DNA of 55,018 nucleotides from a virus. Lineage: Duplodnaviria > Caudoviricetes. The DNA lies in IMG/VR virus record IMGVR_UViG_3300006903_000014, positions 1-55,018 of that record. The stretch is one strand, 5' to 3'. Shown here piece after piece: positions 51,278-55,018 of this stretch. A program made the translations under genes and the position numbers. The notes below the pieces were generated by a model. That model saw nothing but the letters and a program-made list of their open reading frames with translations. It was not told the origin of the DNA and did no database searches. Every line of letters begins with the position of its first letter. Within the stretch, counting starts at the first letter, position 1.

Positions 51278-51918
51278 TCGTCCCTCTCCCCAGTGCTGCT
51301 CGGGAACTCGCGCCGGAACGGGCGCAGCATCCGGAGCATCCTGTCGTTCAGGTCCGGCAGCGCCACGCGCGAGAAGTTGCCCGCCGCGTCGGTCTGGCTC
51401 AGGATGTCGAACTGCTGCCGCTTGAAGGCGCTGTAGGCGATCGCGGCCTGCAGCAGGCAGACGTCCTTCAGGTCCTGCGGCACCGAGGCGGTGTCCGCAT
51501 AGCCCGCCTGGTAGGTCACGCGCACCGCCCGGAAGCCGCGCAGCCACGCCCACGGGCTCGGCCCCCTAACGCGGAGCAGCCGCGCGCGCTTCTTCTGGAG
51601 GATGTAGTCCGTGTTCACCGTGAGCAGCGTCCCTGCCGCGGCGTAGCTTCGAAAGAGGTCCTCGCGGATCTCGGTGATCGAGATGACCGGCCAGTCGATC
51701 AGCAGCAGCTCGGTGTCGTAGGCGCGGAAGGTGTGGAACTCGACGAGGTCCGAGGTCCTCTTGACGATCTGCCTCTTGAGGTGGGTCTCCACCTGGAGCG
51801 AGACCCCGTTGCAGATGTCCTTGATGGCGTCGTCGGCGCCGGTCCCGCTCTTCACGTCGAGCTTGCGCTTCAGCTCGATGTCTGTGATCAGCGCGTAGTT
51901 GGAGAGCGTGACCGGCAC
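51274..51918 (-). CDS. Head-tail adaptor (gp6/gp15-like)
   Basis: L....ELK..L, PV.SI, VTY.AGY...VP.DLK. Confidence 0.85.
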   Translation of the reverse strand: MPVTLSNYALITDIELKRKLDVKSGTGADDAIKDICNGVSLQVETHLKRQIVKRTSDLVEFHTFRAYDTELLLIDWPVISITEIREDLFRSYAAAGTLLTVNTDYILQKKRARLLRVRGPSPWAWLRGFRAVRVTYQAGYADTASVPQDLKDVCLLQAAIAYSAFKRQQFDILSQTDAAGNFSRVALPDLNDRMLRMLRPFRREFPSSTGERDE

Positions 51919-51924
51919 CGGGTC

Positions 51925-52203
51925 CTACCCCTGGATGGCGCCGCGCGCGCGCTTCGCGGCCGAGGCGGCGGCCCGCTCGCTGGCCGGCCTCTTGCCGACG
52001 GCTGAGGCGCTTGTGCCGACCTCGGGCGCGATGGTCTGGTTGACGACGTCCGGCGGCATGACCGTGCCCGGCGCCGGCGTGGCGAAGCCCTGCTTGTAGG
52101 CGTTCACCGCCGCCGTGAAGGACATCTCGACGACGACGCCGGTCTCTCGGCCCATCGTCCGGATCATCTTCATGGTCCTGCCTTTCGTGTCTCGCTGGTT
52201 CAT
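51925..52203 (-). CDS. Small head-region protein (alternative start at 52173)
   Basis: RBS; position. Confidence 0.55.
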   Translation of the reverse strand: MNQRDTKGRTMKMIRTMGRETGVVVEMSFTAAVNAYKQGFATPAPGTVMPPDVVNQTIAPEVGTSASAVGKRPASERAAASAAKRARGAIQG

Positions 52204-52258
52204 TCGTCCTGCGCTCCTCTCTCTCCCGCCGCCCCGCGCCGCGCGGAGCGGGCGCCCG

Positions 52259-52690
52259 TCAGCGGATGTAGACGTAGCAGACGCCCTGCTTCGACGCGCC
52301 CGCGTTCGTCACATGGATCGTGAGCTTGTCGTTTGCCACGACCCCGAGGGACGTCGCGAGCACCTGCTCGACGACCGTCCCCGATCGGTTCTGTCCCGCG
52401 CCCATCAGCACGTCGGTCGTGTCGTCGTCGTTGACGACGATGTCGTAGAGATTCGTGGGCGCCGTCCCGCCGCCGGACGGGACGGTGACCAGGCGCTCGA
52501 GCGCGCCGTCATAGGTGAACGTAGTGGCGCCGTCCGCCGCGCCAGCGCCGTCCGACGTCCACGAGAAGGTGACCTTCTTCACGGAGCCGGCGCGCTCTTC
52601 GGTCACGACGACCGTGCCGGCCGCGAGCGCGAACGCCGCGGCCCCGAGCGTCAGGGCCGCGGTCATGGTTGCCGTCAGGAGCTTGGGCAT
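52259..52690 (-). CDS. Virion-region beta-rich protein with a signal-peptide-like N-terminus
   Basis: MPKLLTATMTAALTLGAAAFALA; WTSD..G.A, P.....APT..YDI...D....DVL.G.G.NRS. Confidence 0.7.
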   Translation of the reverse strand: MPKLLTATMTAALTLGAAAFALAAGTVVVTEERAGSVKKVTFSWTSDGAGAADGATTFTYDGALERLVTVPSGGGTAPTNLYDIVVNDDDTTDVLMGAGQNRSGTVVEQVLATSLGVVANDKLTIHVTNAGASKQGVCYVYIR

Positions 52691-52694
52691 CGGC

Positions 52695-53153
52695 CTAGGG
52701 TTCCTTCGCCCAGGTGCCGACGACGGACTCGATCGCCCATTCCGCGCCGGTGCAGACCAGCGTGATCTGGTCGTAGACCCGGTCCGTCGCGCCGGTGTTG
52801 ATGATCCCCTTGCCGGCGACGGCCGTCAGGCCGTTCCCCTGGATGACGTCGGTCCCGTTGGGGCTGATCTTCAGGCCGGTGCCCGCCGAGGGCGTCCCGC
52901 ACATGAAGGTGTACCAGACCCCCTTCAGCGCGGCCACGGCCGCCGGCAGCGTGAAGACGGCGTCGACGGCCCCGATGAAGAGCTGGCCGCTCATGGCCCT
53001 GGTCAGGGCGCCCCCCGCGTGGGGGTTCGTCGTCGGCTGCTGGGATCCCTGCGTGGTGACCACCAGGTTGTCGCCGTCGATGTCCTGGATGTTGTTTGCG
53101 CCCGCGTAGAACCGGAGGACGTTCCCGATCCAGCGAGAGCTGAGGTTCGCCAT
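52695..53153 (-). CDS. Putative capsid decoration/fibre protein
   Basis: FTLPAA....G..YTF...I.PNGTD.I motif; position. Confidence 0.6.
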   Translation of the reverse strand: MANLSSRWIGNVLRFYAGANNIQDIDGDNLVVTTQGSQQPTTNPHAGGALTRAMSGQLFIGAVDAVFTLPAAVAALKGVWYTFMCGTPSAGTGLKISPNGTDVIQGNGLTAVAGKGIINTGATDRVYDQITLVCTGAEWAIESVVGTWAKEP

Positions 53154-53211
53154 CGGCCGACCGCCTTTCCCCTCCCTATCCCGGCCGCGTCATTGCGGCC
53201 TCGGGTTCAGA

Positions 53212-53245
53212 CCCCGCGCGCCCGGGAAGTCAAGGGCGCGCGGGG
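53212..53245. other. Intergenic 12-bp GC hairpin (pause/processing or weak terminator)
   Basis: CCCCGCGCGCCC-N10-GGGCGCGCGGGG; no U-tract. Confidence 0.45.
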
Positions 53246-53261
53246 CGTCCGTCGGCAGATC

Positions 53262-53729
53262 CTAGTTGGCCTTCGCGTCGACGTCGAGCGGCTTGAAGCG
53301 CGGCCGGATGTAGACGCACGCCTCGGTGATGTTCGCCGCGTTGCTCGCGCCCGTGACGGCGCGCACGCAGTCGAAGCCGCCCGCGATGTCGAACGCGTCG
53401 ATGTCGAGCTGGAAGATGACGATCTTCTGCTTGACGGCGGCGCTCGTGGTGAAGTTGGCCGCGGCCGCCTGCTTGGTGAGCGGGGAGGCCGTGCCGGCGT
53501 CCTGGTTGACGTAGATCGGGCAGGCCGGGATGGCCTTGCCGCCGGCGCCCGCGACGTTCGTACACTGCTCGGGCGCGATCGCGATGGTGGCGGCGTTGCC
53601 CTGGTCGATGTGGACCACCAGGAACGCGGCCTCGGCGTTCTTCAGGCTGACCGCCTCCCCGTTGCGCCCCGCCGCGTCCGCGGCCGGCTTCAGCGTCTGC
53701 ACGGGGATCATGTCCTGCGGGATGAACAT
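53262..53729 (-). CDS. Capsid cement/minor head protein
   Basis: Directly after the MCP; P.AD....G..VSLKN...Q.T...G.G.KA...GFDCV. Confidence 0.7.
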   Translation of the reverse strand: MFIPQDMIPVQTLKPAADAAGRNGEAVSLKNAEAAFLVVHIDQGNAATIAIAPEQCTNVAGAGGKAIPACPIYVNQDAGTASPLTKQAAAANFTTSAAVKQKIVIFQLDIDAFDIAGGFDCVRAVTGASNAANITEACVYIRPRFKPLDVDAKAN

Positions 53730-53803
53730 TGACTCTTCTCCTTGCTCTTCCGGGGGCCCGGCCTCACCGGACCCCCGGCTCACTCAAGAAAGGGCCCTGC
53801 GCC

Positions 53804-54967
53804 CTACGGCCTCGACGCCAGCAGGACGAACGGCGACAGGGTGTTCGTGCCGTTCTTCGGCGTGAGCGGCGCATTCCAGACCGGCTGACCGTCGATCCGG
53901 TACAGGAAGCGGAACACCTGCTCGTCGTTCAGGAAGCGGACGTGCATCGACACGGCGCTCTGGATCGCGCCCTTGTCGATGGTCAGGTACTGCGAGAGGT
54001 CCACGAGCTGAATGTCGCCCACGGTGCCGACCGTCGAGCAGTACTCCACGGGGATCACGGGCCGCCCGAACAGCGTGGCGTACGGCTGTCCGGAGACGCC
54101 CCCCGCGGGCAGGTAGACCGGCACGCCGCCGGTCCCGATCTTGAGCACCATCTGGTAGAGCTGGGGCTCGCAGTCCTGGTTGATGAGCCACACGGCGTTC
54201 TGCCGCGAGCGCGCCCACATGCGCGACCACATCTTGAGCACGTTCTCGAAGACGATCGTGCCCGTGGGCTGGCCCGACTCGGCCGACACCGTGACCACCG
54301 CGCCGCTGTTCAGGTAGCCGAGCGGCTGACCGGCGCCGCTGCCGTTGACGATCGCGTCCTCGCACCGGAACATCAGCTCCTCGGGCAGCGCCTCGTTGAC
54401 GATGCTCTCGAGGGCGGCCGCGTCGGCGAGCACCTCGTCGGTGCCGTAGACGAGACCGGTGATCTTGTGCAGCTGCAGCTCCATCTGGCGGAACTTCGGC
54501 TGGGAGGCGGTGAACGCCGCGGCCTCCGCCGTCCAGTAGGACAGCACGCCGCCCCAACGGGAACCGTCCACGCGCGAGGTCTCGTCGATGGCGTTGATCT
54601 TCAGGCCGTTCGAGCCCCCGCTGATGGGGACCCGGCGGACCCGGCTCATGATCTGGCCGGTCTCATACGTCTTCCGCAGGATCTCCGCGCTGAAGTCCTT
54701 GGTGACGAGGAACCCGCCGTCGGCCTGGATCAGCTCACCGAGCCCGGTCGCGGCCGCGCGCTTCGGGTCCGGGGCCTGCCAGACCAGCCGCGGGTCGACG
54801 TGCTGGTTGGGCATCGTCGCCCCGGCGACCGCCTGCAGGAACTCTCCGAAGCTGGAGAACCCGCCCTTGCCGTCTCCCGCCCCGGCCGCGAGCGCGGCCC
54901 TCTGGGACGCCGTGTGATCCGCCGGGCCGCGCGTCGGCTCGACGGTGCGCTCCAGCTCGAGCTGGAG
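53804..54967 (-). CDS. Major capsid protein, HK97 fold (N-terminus truncated)
   Basis: F.SFGEFL, DGGFLV, IDETSR, W.AE, K....Y.TDE.L.D, G.G.GQPLG, LFGRPV, F..DE..FRF..R.DGQP. Confidence 0.95.
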   Translation of the reverse strand, partial: LQLELERTVEPTRGPADHTASQRAALAAGAGDGKGGFSSFGEFLQAVAGATMPNQHVDPRLVWQAPDPKRAAATGLGELIQADGGFLVTKDFSAEILRKTYETGQIMSRVRRVPISGGSNGLKINAIDETSRVDGSRWGGVLSYWTAEAAAFTASQPKFRQMELQLHKITGLVYGTDEVLADAAALESIVNEALPEELMFRCEDAIVNGSGAGQPLGYLNSGAVVTVSAESGQPTGTIVFENVLKMWSRMWARSRQNAVWLINQDCEPQLYQMVLKIGTGGVPVYLPAGGVSGQPYATLFGRPVIPVEYCSTVGTVGDIQLVDLSQYLTIDKGAIQSAVSMHVRFLNDEQVFRFLYRIDGQPVWNAPLTPKNGTNTLSPFVLLASRP

Positions 54968-55018
54968 CGCACCGTCGAGCCGACGCGCGGCCCGGCGGAT
55001 CACACGGCGTCCCAGAGG
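54899..55018. repeat. Perfect 120-bp terminal palindrome (fold-back)
   Basis: 54959-55018 is the exact reverse complement of 54899-54958, centred on CCAGCTC|GAGCTGG. Confidence 0.95.

Overview
This is the near-complete genome of a very GC-rich, HK97-fold siphovirus-type phage. Essentially all genes lie on the minus strand and most are linked by overlapping stop/start codons. Reading from 55018 down to 1: truncated major capsid protein, head/neck genes, a glycosyltransferase plus methyltransferase inserted among the morphogenesis genes, tail tube, frameshifted tail chaperone, tape measure and tail-tip genes. Next come two AT-rich early promoters sharing motifs, a secreted SGNH/SASA esterase and a Ycf46-like AAA+/DUF1257/DUF2997/DUF3150-like operon in which the ATPase has Walker B ahead of Walker A. 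Two methyltransferases, a leaderless HTH regulator and a Cas4-like exonuclease/annealase recombination module follow. A ~750-bp, highly structured, apparently non-coding region with convergent sigma70 promoters then sits where the replication initiator/origin normally lies. The rest is a long nin-like run of small genes, amidase/holin plus envelope proteins, a tandem-ParB/TAGT-glycosyltransferase/UDG-like module and a packaging HNH running into a probable cos end. No integrase, ParA, polymerase, helicase, primase, tRNA or CRISPR array was recognised; terminase and portal lie outside the window. The best novelty candidates are the structured RNA/antisense region, the segment-swapped AAA+ system and a chromosomal-type parS palindrome. 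Family names come from motif recognition by eye, not database searches.
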